Origin: Alphaproteobacteria bacterium
GTDB lineage: Bacteria > Pseudomonadota > Alphaproteobacteria > Rickettsiales > Deianiraeaceae
Direction of reading: 5' to 3'
DNA length: 42,570 bases
NCBI GenBank assembly: GCA_030830305.1
Contig: JAURNI010000072.1
Span: 1 to 42,570, forward strand
Shown here: piece after piece, positions 1 through 9,200 of the stretch
Layout of the letters: each line of letters starts with the position of its first letter
Numbering within the stretch: the stretch's first letter is position 1
The notes under the pieces: generated by a model
Told to the model about the DNA's origin: nothing
The model's database searches: none
What the model saw: the letters and a program-made list of their open reading frames with translations, nothing else
Program-made: the position numbers and the translations under genes

Positions 1-1
1 A

Positions 2-214
2 GAAGAAGACGAAGAAGATGGAGACTACTTCAACTCTTTCTACAAAGAAAAACGCAACAAATTTGACGATATGGCAATGGAAAGAGAAAAAGAATACAAA
101 TCCATGCCTTTTGTACCAAAAAAAGTTGTTGATATCCAAAAAGTTCAAAGAGACGATAGAACTATTAATAAATTTGATTTTAAAAATATTTTTAAAATCA
201 ATAGAGGTGCATAA
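2..214 (+). CDS. C-terminal end of an unidentified protein (gene continues upstream of the window)
   Basis: Frame 2 is open from position 2 to TAA at 212-214. It reads EEDEEDGDYFNSFYKEKRNKFDDMAMEREKEYKSMPFVPKKVVDIQKVQRDDRTINKFDFKNIFKINRGA, which looks more protein-like than the frame-3 track ORF 18..257. No family recognised. Confidence 0.3.
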   Translation, partial: EEDEEDGDYFNSFYKEKRNKFDDMAMEREKEYKSMPFVPKKVVDIQKVQRDDRTINKFDFKNIFKINRGA

Positions 215-254
215 GTTTCTCTTGACATTGTATGTTTTTTCGCTGCACCATATT

Positions 255-606
255 TAGCCTCAATTTCTTTTGCATACATATTTTGTGTATGAGGAAAGTC
301 CGAACTTACAAAGTATATGGTGCCTGTGAAAACAGGGGGTGCCGCAAGGTGCCACGGAAAGTGCAGCAGAAAATAAACCGCCGGAAACGGTAAGGGTGAA
401 ACCGTGAGGTAAGAGCTTACGATTAGCTGTGGCAACATGGTTTTTTGTAAACCCCACCATAAGCAAAACAAATAGGAAGTGCGCGTTGCTTGCAACAAGT
501 TTATACTTTAACTCAGTACTTCGGGTATGTTGCTGGATGCATTTTTGCAAAAAAATGCTTTAGATTAATAAAAGATTAACACAGAATTCGGCTTATATTG
601 AGGCTA
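255..606 (+). ncRNA. rnpB: RNase P RNA, bacterial type A
   Basis: Conserved RNase P blocks are present: GAGGAAAGTCCG (291-302), GGTAAGGGTGAAACCGTGAGGTAAGAGC (389-416) and ACAGAATTCGGCTTAT (581-596). TAGCCTCAAT (255-264) is the exact reverse complement of ATTGAGGCTA (597-606), giving the P1 stem. The segment is locally G+C-rich relative to its flanks. Ends are good to a few nt. Confidence 0.9.
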
Positions 607-1890
607 CCTTTTACTGATTATAAACTTCAGTCTATGAATGTTTTCTACTTTTTTTAACTTTGCTTCCAATAAATTAAGTTCTGCTACTGTGTACTCCTGT
701 TTTGCCAAGAGTTCGTCTGTAAACGATTTTGTGCCAGATCTAACTTCTTGCTTTGTTATTGCATGTGCTTCTTTTGCATTTTTTACTACTTGCGAGAGAA
801 TTTCTATTAATTCTTCTTGATATTTTGTGTCATTCCATAGTGCTTCAACTTCTGCAATATAATTTTTTGTTAAAATTTTTGCTTCGGTTTTTTTCTTTTG
901 TTCTTCTATTGTATACTTTCTACCACCAATGTAATTTGTGATGTTAAATAAATCAATTGTTGCATTGATTACAAAAGTACCCTGTTTATAATTTGGAATT
1001 GATAAGTGGTAATCCGGTTGTGTAAGAGCATATCTATACCCGACTGTTATTTTTGGTAAAAGAGCAAGTTTATTGATTTGTGACTCATTTTTATAACTTT
1101 GTGCTGTATAATTTGCATTCTGTATTGCGTAATTATTTTTTACCTGTTCTTTAAGTGTTTGCAAGTTTGGAGCAATATCACTTAAACTTGCTTCTGGGAG
1201 TGATAAATCTGTGTGTAGTACTAAAAATTTGACTTTATATCTATCCTGTGCTTCCTTGAACAATATTTGATATTTCTCAACATTCATTTTAGATGTTAAG
1301 AAATCGGAATATGCTCTTAGCATATCGGACTTAGAAACTCTGCCATATGCAAACAGTGTTTTAAGCTCTTCATACCTACCTTTTGCTGCTTCAAAAATTT
1401 TCTTTTGCAAATTTAATGTTGCTTCTGTGCGATATAATTCAATATAAGTTTGTGCAAGAATGTAAAAGAATTCATTTTTTTTATGTTCCGTGCTTGTGAA
1501 TGCTGCAGCCTTGGCAACACTGATTGATTGTACTTTTTTAATTAATTGCGGTAAAGCAACTATGTTATAATCTACCGCAATCCCATAGTTTTTTTGAACA
1601 AGACCGGTAACAAATCTAGTAGGAAATCCTTCATTAACCTGTGGTAGTGGTGACGCAAAGCGAGGGTCCCCCGGTTTTGTATAATTATAAAATAGATAAG
1701 GATTTGGAAGGAATTGATCTACTGTTTGCTTTGCAGAGGCAATGTCCGATTTGTATGATAAATCCTCCAGAACAACTTCATGTACATTTTGCTGTCTCTG
1801 GATACTTGTTATTGCTTCATCTAAGGTAATTGCCACAGACTGGTTTGCAATACATAATAAAATTACCGGTGTGATGCGTAGTATTTTCAT
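604..1890 (-). CDS. TolC-family outer-membrane efflux channel (putative)
   Basis: 428 aa with a signal peptide (MKILRITPVILLCIANQSVA) followed by ITLDEAITSI, as at the mature N-terminus of outer-membrane factor proteins. The rest is long helical, heptad-like sequence. The start overlaps the upstream gene's stop (ATGA). Family call is from memory. Confidence 0.6.
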   Translation of the reverse strand: MKILRITPVILLCIANQSVAITLDEAITSIQRQQNVHEVVLEDLSYKSDIASAKQTVDQFLPNPYLFYNYTKPGDPRFASPLPQVNEGFPTRFVTGLVQKNYGIAVDYNIVALPQLIKKVQSISVAKAAAFTSTEHKKNEFFYILAQTYIELYRTEATLNLQKKIFEAAKGRYEELKTLFAYGRVSKSDMLRAYSDFLTSKMNVEKYQILFKEAQDRYKVKFLVLHTDLSLPEASLSDIAPNLQTLKEQVKNNYAIQNANYTAQSYKNESQINKLALLPKITVGYRYALTQPDYHLSIPNYKQGTFVINATIDLFNITNYIGGRKYTIEEQKKKTEAKILTKNYIAEVEALWNDTKYQEELIEILSQVVKNAKEAHAITKQEVRSGTKSFTDELLAKQEYTVAELNLLEAKLKKVENIHRLKFIISKR

Positions 1891-2897
1891 ACTTTCTTTA
1901 GCTTATCCATAATTAATTGTACTGTATAAGCAAATACAAAACTTTTATTCCAACGAAGTAATGCATTGTAGTTTCCATAGGTAATAAAATATCTTTCTTC
2001 CGGTTTTATTTCTGCAAGCACCAATGTGCCATCTTGGTATGGTTTGTTAAGATCCTTACATAAATCAATATTATTTAATTGTGATTTAGGAATCTCCTGT
2101 ACAATCGGTTTACCATTTTGCCATTTTGCATTTTTAAGATAATTCGCTGCAGAATATATTGCATCAACTTTGTTATTAATGATATCAATTTTTCCATCAC
2201 CGTTGCCGTCTGTTGCATATGCTAACACTGATGACGGTATGAATTGTATATATCCCATTGCACCTGCCCAAGAACCCATTGTATTGCTGCGAAGGTAGTA
2301 GTTGTTTGAAGACAGTAGTTTAAATGTTGCAATAAGCTCATTTGTAAAAAAAGCATTTCTTGAGCTGTTATATGGATGAGACATTGTAAAAAGAGCATCG
2401 AGAATCTTCAGCTTACCTTTATTGCCACCTAAATTGGATTCTATTAACATAAGAGCAACAACAGCTTCTTTATCTACTCCATATTTTTTTTCAGCCCCAA
2501 GGAATGCCTCTAGATTGTTTTCCAAAAACTTTTTGGCACTTGGTGTTCTTTTAATAAATCTTGATATATACGATTCAAGAGTAAAAGTGAATTCAGGTTG
2601 GTTTTTAGATTCTACCGTAGGTCTTTCAATAAAATTTAATTTTTTAGCATATTTTGCTATCTGTGGTGATATTTTATTTTCAATTAATATTTTGTAAATA
2701 TATTGACGATGTTCCTTGGTTTGTTGTTTCAGAACTTTTTTATTTGAAAAATCAATTTTTGGCTTTTCCTGCAGTTTGGTGATCTTGGTTGTTTTGTTTG
2801 CATGCTGTTCTACTTCCTTAATACAAGATGGATGTGTTAAGGCAAATGTTTTAGAAAAAAATGTGTATATGATTACTAGAAATAGTGTTATATGCAT
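1887..2897 (-). CDS. mltB: lytic murein transglycosylase, MltB family
   Basis: 336 aa with a signal peptide. Motifs GSWAGAMGYIQFIPSS, DGNGDGKIDI and AIYSAANYLK match the core of the MltB/SLT_2 family. Confidence 0.75.
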   Translation of the reverse strand: MHITLFLVIIYTFFSKTFALTHPSCIKEVEQHANKTTKITKLQEKPKIDFSNKKVLKQQTKEHRQYIYKILIENKISPQIAKYAKKLNFIERPTVESKNQPEFTFTLESYISRFIKRTPSAKKFLENNLEAFLGAEKKYGVDKEAVVALMLIESNLGGNKGKLKILDALFTMSHPYNSSRNAFFTNELIATFKLLSSNNYYLRSNTMGSWAGAMGYIQFIPSSVLAYATDGNGDGKIDIINNKVDAIYSAANYLKNAKWQNGKPIVQEIPKSQLNNIDLCKDLNKPYQDGTLVLAEIKPEERYFITYGNYNALLRWNKSFVFAYTVQLIMDKLKKV

Positions 2898-3352
2898 AAC
2901 GCAAGAGTGACAAAAATAAAGGTGTTAAGTAAAAAATAGAAAAATTCAGATGTCAACAATACATTGTATCCAAATAAATGAAGTATAAGTGCTTTCATGA
3001 CTGTAGTGATTCCAAAAAGAAAAGAAAAAATTGATACAGATTGTTTCATACTAAATTTCTGTTTTGTGTGCAAAGTGCTTTGCAATCTGCGCTGGTTGTT
3101 AACAAATATATGATAATATAAAAATATTACAATCATCAATAAAGTTGATTGCAATCCTAAAACTTTGCCAGTAATAAAATTTGCTATACATATTAATATA
3201 GCAGGTAGTAAAACTGTAACATTTTTTTGAGTACGTAATAATATAATAAAGTAGACGATTGTAATCGTTTCAACTGTAATAGTTGAAACGATATATGCCG
3301 GACGAATTGTTATTTCGCATAAAAATGCAAGTAAAAGTGCAATATACTGCAT
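2888..3352 (-). CDS. hypothetical multi-pass membrane protein
   Basis: 154 aa and almost entirely hydrophobic, with about 5 predicted TM segments. It overlaps the mltB-like start by 10 nt, which suggests an operon. No family recognised. Confidence 0.45.
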   Translation of the reverse strand: MQYIALLLAFLCEITIRPAYIVSTITVETITIVYFIILLRTQKNVTVLLPAILICIANFITGKVLGLQSTLLMIVIFLYYHIFVNNQRRLQSTLHTKQKFSMKQSVSIFSFLFGITTVMKALILHLFGYNVLLTSEFFYFLLNTFIFVTLALCI

Positions 3353-3492
3353 GGTGAGTTATCAATTTATCCTACAGGACTATTTTAAATAGTTTTGAAT
3401 ATCAAGAAATAAAATTTATTATTAATTGATAAAATATTCTTGACAAAATAATTATTTATGTTCAATGGGAGCTTTATATGTAAAGTTTTTGT

Positions 3493-4065
3493 ATGTCAAC
3501 AGCGGTAAAAGCAAATGATGGTGCGTTTTGGTATGTACTACAAGTGCGTTCTGGTGTGGAAAAATCCGTTGTAGAGAACATCAAAAGAATTGCAGTAAGA
3601 AAAAATGCTAGTGATTTATTCGAAGACTTCAATGTGCCTTCGGTAGAGGTTGCAAAACATGGAACGGCAAAACCAAAAAGTAAAGTTCTTTGCAGTGGAT
3701 ATGTTTTTGTGAAAATGAAAGTCAACGAACTTTCAATGTCAGTAATTAATGAAATGTCAGGATCTGGTGCTGGTAATAAGCTGATCATCAGCTTTCTTCC
3801 AAAAGCAAGTACGCCGCAGCCTTTGACTGAAAGAGAGTACAAGGAGATGCTTGCAACAATGATGAAGTCTTCCGAAGGAAAAACTGATTCAATTGCGTTT
3901 GAAATTGGTATGGATGTCAAAATTATATCAGGTTCGTTTAAAGACTTCAAAGGTACAATTGTTGGTGTTGACAAAGAAAAATCTTCACTTGAAATTTCGG
4001 TTTCTGTGTTTAATAGAGAAACCTCTGTTGAGGCGAATTTTAGTGATGTTGAAATTATTAAGTAA
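3493..4065 (+). CDS. nusG: transcription termination/antitermination factor NusG
   Basis: The N-terminus FWYVLQVRSGVEKSV is NGN-like and the C-terminus VKIISGSFKDFKGTIVGVD is KOW-like. It sits directly upstream of rplK, the conserved position. Confidence 0.9.
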   Translation: MSTAVKANDGAFWYVLQVRSGVEKSVVENIKRIAVRKNASDLFEDFNVPSVEVAKHGTAKPKSKVLCSGYVFVKMKVNELSMSVINEMSGSGAGNKLIISFLPKASTPQPLTEREYKEMLATMMKSSEGKTDSIAFEIGMDVKIISGSFKDFKGTIVGVDKEKSSLEISVSVFNRETSVEANFSDVEIIK

Positions 4066-4082
4066 TTTTTTGGTAATACAAA

Positions 4083-4514
4083 ATGAATGCAAAAAAACCA
4101 GATGGTTCTTTTAAGTTAATTATACAGGCAGGAAAAGCCAACCCTGCCCCTCCTATCGGTCCTGCACTTGGTCAGAGAGGTCTAAACATTATGGAATTCT
4201 GTAAGACATTTAACGAACAGACTTCTAAAATGTCCGGCCCTGTTCCTGTGATTATTTCTTTTTATAAGGACAAAAAATTTACACTTGAAATTAAAACGCC
4301 TCCTGCATCTTACATGATTCTTCAAGAATTAGGCTTACAAAGCGGCTCAAAAGAAGCGGGTAAAAATATTGTTGCAACCATTAAAAAATCTCAACTTGAA
4401 AAAATTGCAAAAGTTAAGATTAAAGATTTAACAGCAAACTCACTTAATGCTGCTGTTAAAACAATGGCTGGAACGGCAATGTCAATGGGAATTACAGTAG
4501 ATTATAATAGTTAA
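4083..4514 (+). CDS. rplK: 50S ribosomal protein L11
   Basis: Contains the L11 signature QAGKANPAPPIGPALGQRGLNIMEFCKTFN. 143 aa. Confidence 0.96.
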   Translation: MNAKKPDGSFKLIIQAGKANPAPPIGPALGQRGLNIMEFCKTFNEQTSKMSGPVPVIISFYKDKKFTLEIKTPPASYMILQELGLQSGSKEAGKNIVATIKKSQLEKIAKVKIKDLTANSLNAAVKTMAGTAMSMGITVDYNS

Positions 4515-4521
4515 TGTATTT

Positions 4522-5223
4522 ATGAAACAATCGAAGCGTATCAGGGAATACTTAAAAAGTTGTGGAGATATCCAAAAAGAGTTTACCTTGGATCAAGCTG
4601 TTGCTTTTTTGAAAGATTATTCATCAAAAGCACCTGCAAAATTTAGTGAATCTGTTGATGCTCATATTCTTTTAGGTGTTGACCCAACAAAGGGTGAACA
4701 AGTTGTAAAATCAACCGTAACACTACCACATGGTACAGGAAGAACTGTCAGAGTCATTGTATTTGCTGAAGGTGATGATGCAAAGAAAGCTCTAAGTGCT
4801 GGTGCAATTGAAGCTGGCGGAGATGAACTCATTGACCGTGTTAAAAATGGTTTTATGGATTTTGATAAATGTATTGCCACTCCAGGTATTATGAAAAAAC
4901 TTACACCACTTGGTAAGGCCTTAGGTCCTCGTGGTTTAATGCCAAATCCAAAACTTGGTACAGTAACTCAAGATGTTTCTGAAGCTGTAAAATCATTTAT
5001 TGGTGGAAAAATTGAATATAGAACAGGAAAAGATCCAGTTGTAAGAGTATCTGTTGGAAGAGTAAATTTTGAACCCAACAAAATTGTTGAAAACATAAAA
5101 GAATTACTGCACTCAATAAAGCAGGCAAAACCCTCAACATTAAAAGGTTCATATATACTCAGACTGAATATTTCTACAACAATGTCTGGTTTTAGTTTAA
5201 AAGTTCCTCCTTCTTTTTTATAA
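4522..5223 (+). CDS. rplA: 50S ribosomal protein L1
   Basis: 233 aa. Motifs VTLPHGTGRTVRVIVFA and LGPRGLMPNPKLGTVT are typical of L1. Conserved position after rplK. Confidence 0.95.
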   Translation: MKQSKRIREYLKSCGDIQKEFTLDQAVAFLKDYSSKAPAKFSESVDAHILLGVDPTKGEQVVKSTVTLPHGTGRTVRVIVFAEGDDAKKALSAGAIEAGGDELIDRVKNGFMDFDKCIATPGIMKKLTPLGKALGPRGLMPNPKLGTVTQDVSEAVKSFIGGKIEYRTGKDPVVRVSVGRVNFEPNKIVENIKELLHSIKQAKPSTLKGSYILRLNISTTMSGFSLKVPPSFL

Positions 5224-5228
5224 AAAAC

Positions 5229-5257
5229 TTGACATTCAAAAATATATATATTTTAAA
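5229..5257 (+). promoter_or_regulatory. candidate sigma70-type promoter upstream of rplJ
   Basis: TTGACA (5229-5234), a 17-nt spacer, then TTTAAA (5252-5257), lying in the 57-bp rplA-rplJ gap. Other bacteria have an internal L10 promoter here. The AT-rich background makes chance matches likely. Confidence 0.3.
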
Positions 5258-5280
5258 GACGAACTAGTTGCATATAGATT

Positions 5281-5793
5281 ATGGATAAAAACTCAAAATT
5301 TGGTTTAGTAGAGCAACTGAGAGATAAATATATTTCTCACGACTATATTTTTATTGTTAATACTTCTGGTTTACCATCAAACTCAAGCAATACAATAAGA
5401 AAACAAATATCAGATGTGAATGGCTCTGCTCTTATTGTAAAAAATACTTTAAACAAGATAGCAATCAAAAGCACAAAACACACTGTAGTTTGTGAATCGC
5501 TATCTGGTCAAAATATGTCCATTTTCGCAAATGATCCTGTGAGTATTGCTAAAATACTTGTTTCGCATACAAAGGACGAAAATTCTGGAATGAAAATAGT
5601 TGGTGTATCAGATGGAAAAGCATTTTATGGTGCAGATTATATTAAATCTCTTGCAACAATGCCAAGTATGGAGGTTATTCGTGCTTCATTACTTTCTGTT
5701 ATACAGTCTCTTCCAACAAAAATTGCTTACTCTTTGCTGTACTGTCCAACTGCAATTGGTCGCGTAATTAGTAGTAATTTTAAATCAAAATAA
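5281..5793 (+). CDS. rplJ: 50S ribosomal protein L10
   Basis: 170 aa, located between rplA and rplL. The sequence is divergent, but length and position fit L10. Confidence 0.85.
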   Translation: MDKNSKFGLVEQLRDKYISHDYIFIVNTSGLPSNSSNTIRKQISDVNGSALIVKNTLNKIAIKSTKHTVVCESLSGQNMSIFANDPVSIAKILVSHTKDENSGMKIVGVSDGKAFYGADYIKSLATMPSMEVIRASLLSVIQSLPTKIAYSLLYCPTAIGRVISSNFKSK

Positions 5794-5811
5794 TAACTTT
5801 TTTATATAAAT

Positions 5812-6186
5812 ATGGCTGATTTACAAAAAATCGTTGATCAACTTTCTTCGTTAACAATTCTTGAGGCTGCTGAGCTTGTAAAAACTCTTGAAGAAAAATG
5901 GGGTGTATCCGCAGCACCTGTTGCTGCAGTTTCTTCTGTTGCAGCACCTGTTGCTTCTGCAGCTGCTGAGGAAAAAACCGAATTCACAGTTATTTTGGAT
6001 TCTGCTGGTGAAAGCAAGATCAATGTAATTAAAGAAGTGCGTGCAATTACAGGTTTGGGTTTAAAAGAAGCTAAAGATCTTGTTGATGGTGCACCAAAAA
6101 CACTTAAAGAAGGCGTATCAAAAGAAGAAGCCGAAGATATTAAGAAAAAACTTGAAGCAGCTGGTGCAAAAATCAAATTGCAATAA
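5812..6186 (+). CDS. rplL: 50S ribosomal protein L7/L12
   Basis: [32 protein letters not shown], an Ala/Val-rich hinge, and [28 protein letters not shown] form the canonical L7/L12 architecture. Confidence 0.97.
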   Translation: MADLQKIVDQLSSLTILEAAELVKTLEEKWGVSAAPVAAVSSVAAPVASAAAEEKTEFTVILDSAGESKINVIKEVRAITGLGLKEAKDLVDGAPKTLKEGVSKEEAEDIKKKLEAAGAKIKLQ

Positions 6187-6231
6187 TAGTATGTGCAAGC
6201 GTGAAGCATTTGCCTTTTTAACGATAAAATT

Positions 6232-9200
6232 TTGCATAATCTGATGATTGAAAGAATAAACCTAGACTCCTATAATTTTTATTCTGGTACTGTTTCCTCG
6301 TTACTTGAATTTCAAAAAAGTTCCTACGAGAACTTTTTCAAGATGAATGATAGTCTTGATGGATTTTACCGTGATATTTCAATGGAGTCTATTTTGAAAT
6401 CTGTATTTCCTGTATTCGATACATTTGGCTCTCTTTCAATTGAGTATCTTTCTCATCGGATTACCAAACCAAAATATACAGAACAAGAGTGTATTGACAG
6501 GGGATTTACATATGCTTCTTCTTTGTATGTTACACTAAGAATGTTTTATTACGAGATAGATGAGTCAACGGGTGTATCTGAAGTTTCGTCAATCAAAGAA
6601 CAAGAGGTGCTGCTTTGTGATATTCCCTTAATGTCATCTAATGTTGGGTCATTTATTTTAAATGGCATACAAAAGGTTATTGTGTCTCAAATACATAGAT
6701 CTCCTGGTATTTTTTTTGAAAAAGATTTGCAAAGAGGATCTTTTGGTTATACGGCTTCCATTATTCCTTACAGAGGTAATTGGATAGATTTTGAATTTGA
6801 CACTAAGGGTACGCTATACTTCCGTATTAATCGCAAGAAGAAGATACATTCTGCTTTTTTACTTTCTTCGTTTGGTATGTCTCAAGTTGAGATAGTTAAC
6901 TTATTTTGTAAATCAATTGTAGTTGAGCTTGGTTCTGGAAATGTAAAGGTTTCCCCTAATCAGTTTGGTAAATCGATTACTATGGACCTATTTAATGACC
7001 AAGGAGAGCTTGTTATTAGTGCTGGTACTAAAAACAAGCAGTCCTTACATAGTAAATATACATCTTTGTATATAAGGGCTGATGACATTATTGGTTGCGT
7101 GGTTAGTCATGATGTGAGTGTTAATGGGTTTGACATTGAGTCTGGCACAATTCTTACAAAAAGCATTTTAGATGTTTTATTACAAAGCAATGCAAAAGTT
7201 TCTATTATAGATAATTCCGAATCGCACGACTCTCAAATTATTTCTTTTGTTAAGAAATACATAGAGACTCCAGAAGGATCTATGCGTTACATATTAAAGT
7301 CTGTAAGACCTGGCGTTGTGATAAGAGACGAAGATGTTGTACCATCTTTTGAAAAATTTTTTGCAAGTCAAACATCGTACGATCTATCTGTTGTTGGACG
7401 GTACAAAATTAATTTAGAGTTTAATACAAACATTGAATCAACATGTCTTACATCTGAGGATGTAAAGAATACAGTTGCAAAACTTCTAAATTTAAAACTA
7501 CATAATTTGCCAGTTCAAGATCTTGATAGCTTAAAAAATCGTAGAGTACGTGGTGTTGGCGAATTATTTGGTAATGTGTTTAAAAATGCATTATTGAAGC
7601 TATCGCGTTCGTGTGTTGAAAAAATGAACTCTGGAACACCGGAATCTTTAATGCCGTCTGATATTATATCTGCGTCAATTGTTTCATCTGATGTAAGAGA
7701 TTTCTTTTTATTGTCGCAACTTTCACAATTTGCAGACCAAACAAATCCTCTTTCTGAAATTGTGCACAAAAGAAGAATTTCGGCATTAGGTCCTGGTGGT
7801 TTAAACAGAGACAGAGCAGGATTCGAGGTTCGTGATGTTCACTACAGTCACTATGGTAGAATATGTCCAATTGAAACACCTGAGGGTGCAAATATTGGTC
7901 TAATCAACACACTTGCTCTTTATGCGAAAGTGAATCACTATGGATTTATCACAACTCCATATAGAAAAGTTGTTAATGGTAAGATTCAGGATGAAATTGA
8001 GTATCTTGATTCTATTCAAGAGTATGATAAAAAAATTGTAGAAACCGATAAAAATTTTGTTGATTTAAAAACAAATGCTTTGAAATCTGGCTTTGTGAGA
8101 TGTCGTGTCAATGGTGATTTTAAAATGGTTGACGCAAGTGATGTTGAATACATTGAGGTTAATCCAAAACAAATTATATCCGTTGCATCAGCTTTGGTTC
8201 CATTTATTGAAAGTAATGATGCTTCGCGTGCATTAATGGGTGCAAACATGCAGAGACAGGCTGTACCTTTGGTAAGCCCAAGGTCTCCGATTGTTGGAAC
8301 CGGAATGGAAAGAGACATTATCTCAAGTACAACTGTTTCAGTATTCGCAAAAAATTCCGGTGTAGTTTGTGATATTACAAGTAGTTTTATTGTGGTTCAA
8401 ACTAACAATCCACAACAACCTTGTGATGTTTATCGAATTCACAAGTTTGATAGAACAAATCAAAGTACATGCTTCAACCACAATGTACTTGTTACAATTG
8501 GTCAATATGTTAATAAAGGTGATATCTTAGCCAGCGGTCCTAGTACGCAAGGTAGTGAATTAGCTATTGGTCAAAATCTTTTAGCAGCCTTTTCTTCTTG
8601 GAATGGTTATAACTTTGAGGATGCGATTGTAATTTCTGAAAAAGTTGCAAAATCTGATATCTTTACATCTGTTCACATTGAAGAATTTGAAGCAACAGTT
8701 CGTGATACACGTCTTGGTGCTGAAGAAATTACGAGAGATGTTCCAAATATATCCGATGCTGTTCTTGCGAAGCTTGATGAATCGGGAGTTGTTAATATTG
8801 GTGCGTATGTTCAGCCTGGTGATATTTTAGTAGGAAAGGTAACTCCAAAAAATGAAGATGTTCTTACTGCAGAAGAAAAGTTGCTAAAGGCGATATTTGG
8901 AGAGCGTAATAGTAAAGTTAAAAACACTTCATTGGTTGTACCTCCTGGTGTAAGTGGGACCGTTGTTGATGTTAAAATATTTACAAAAAATGGTGTTAAC
9001 AAGGTTGAGCGTGCAAAAGAAATAGATGCTCTATCAATTGCAAAAATTAAAGCAGAATTTGATAAAAAAAATGATGTTATCGAAGATACATTTAATAATC
9101 TTGTTGACGATTTAATACTAAAAAATATTGTAATTGCAACACACAAAGTTAAAAACTTGAACGCAAAAGTGAGTTCAGAGGAATTGTCAAAAATTTCCCT

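Noticed and set aside
18-257. Track ORF 18..257 (+, 79 aa) as the gene at the left edge.
   Set aside because: Its translation is Leu/Ile/Lys-rich and unconvincing, and it runs into the RNase P RNA 5' end. Frame 2 (2..214), open to the window edge, looks more protein-like. I reported that frame instead, with low confidence.
145-550. Minus-strand ORFs 145..498 (117 aa) and 260..550 (96 aa) from the track.
   Set aside because: They lie antisense to a region with all the conserved blocks of RNase P RNA. Their translations are low-complexity and look like artefacts of the locally G+C-rich RNA gene.
3440-3468. A TTGACA hexamer at 3440-3445 as the nusG promoter -35 element.
   Set aside because: No acceptable -10 hexamer lies at a 16-18 nt spacing (CAATGG or AATGGG), so it is unsupported.
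6187-6231. A possible rplL-rpoB attenuator hairpin (GCAA...TTGC followed by CTTTTT).
   Set aside because: The stem is only 4-5 bp with a wobble pair, too weak to call a terminator or attenuator.
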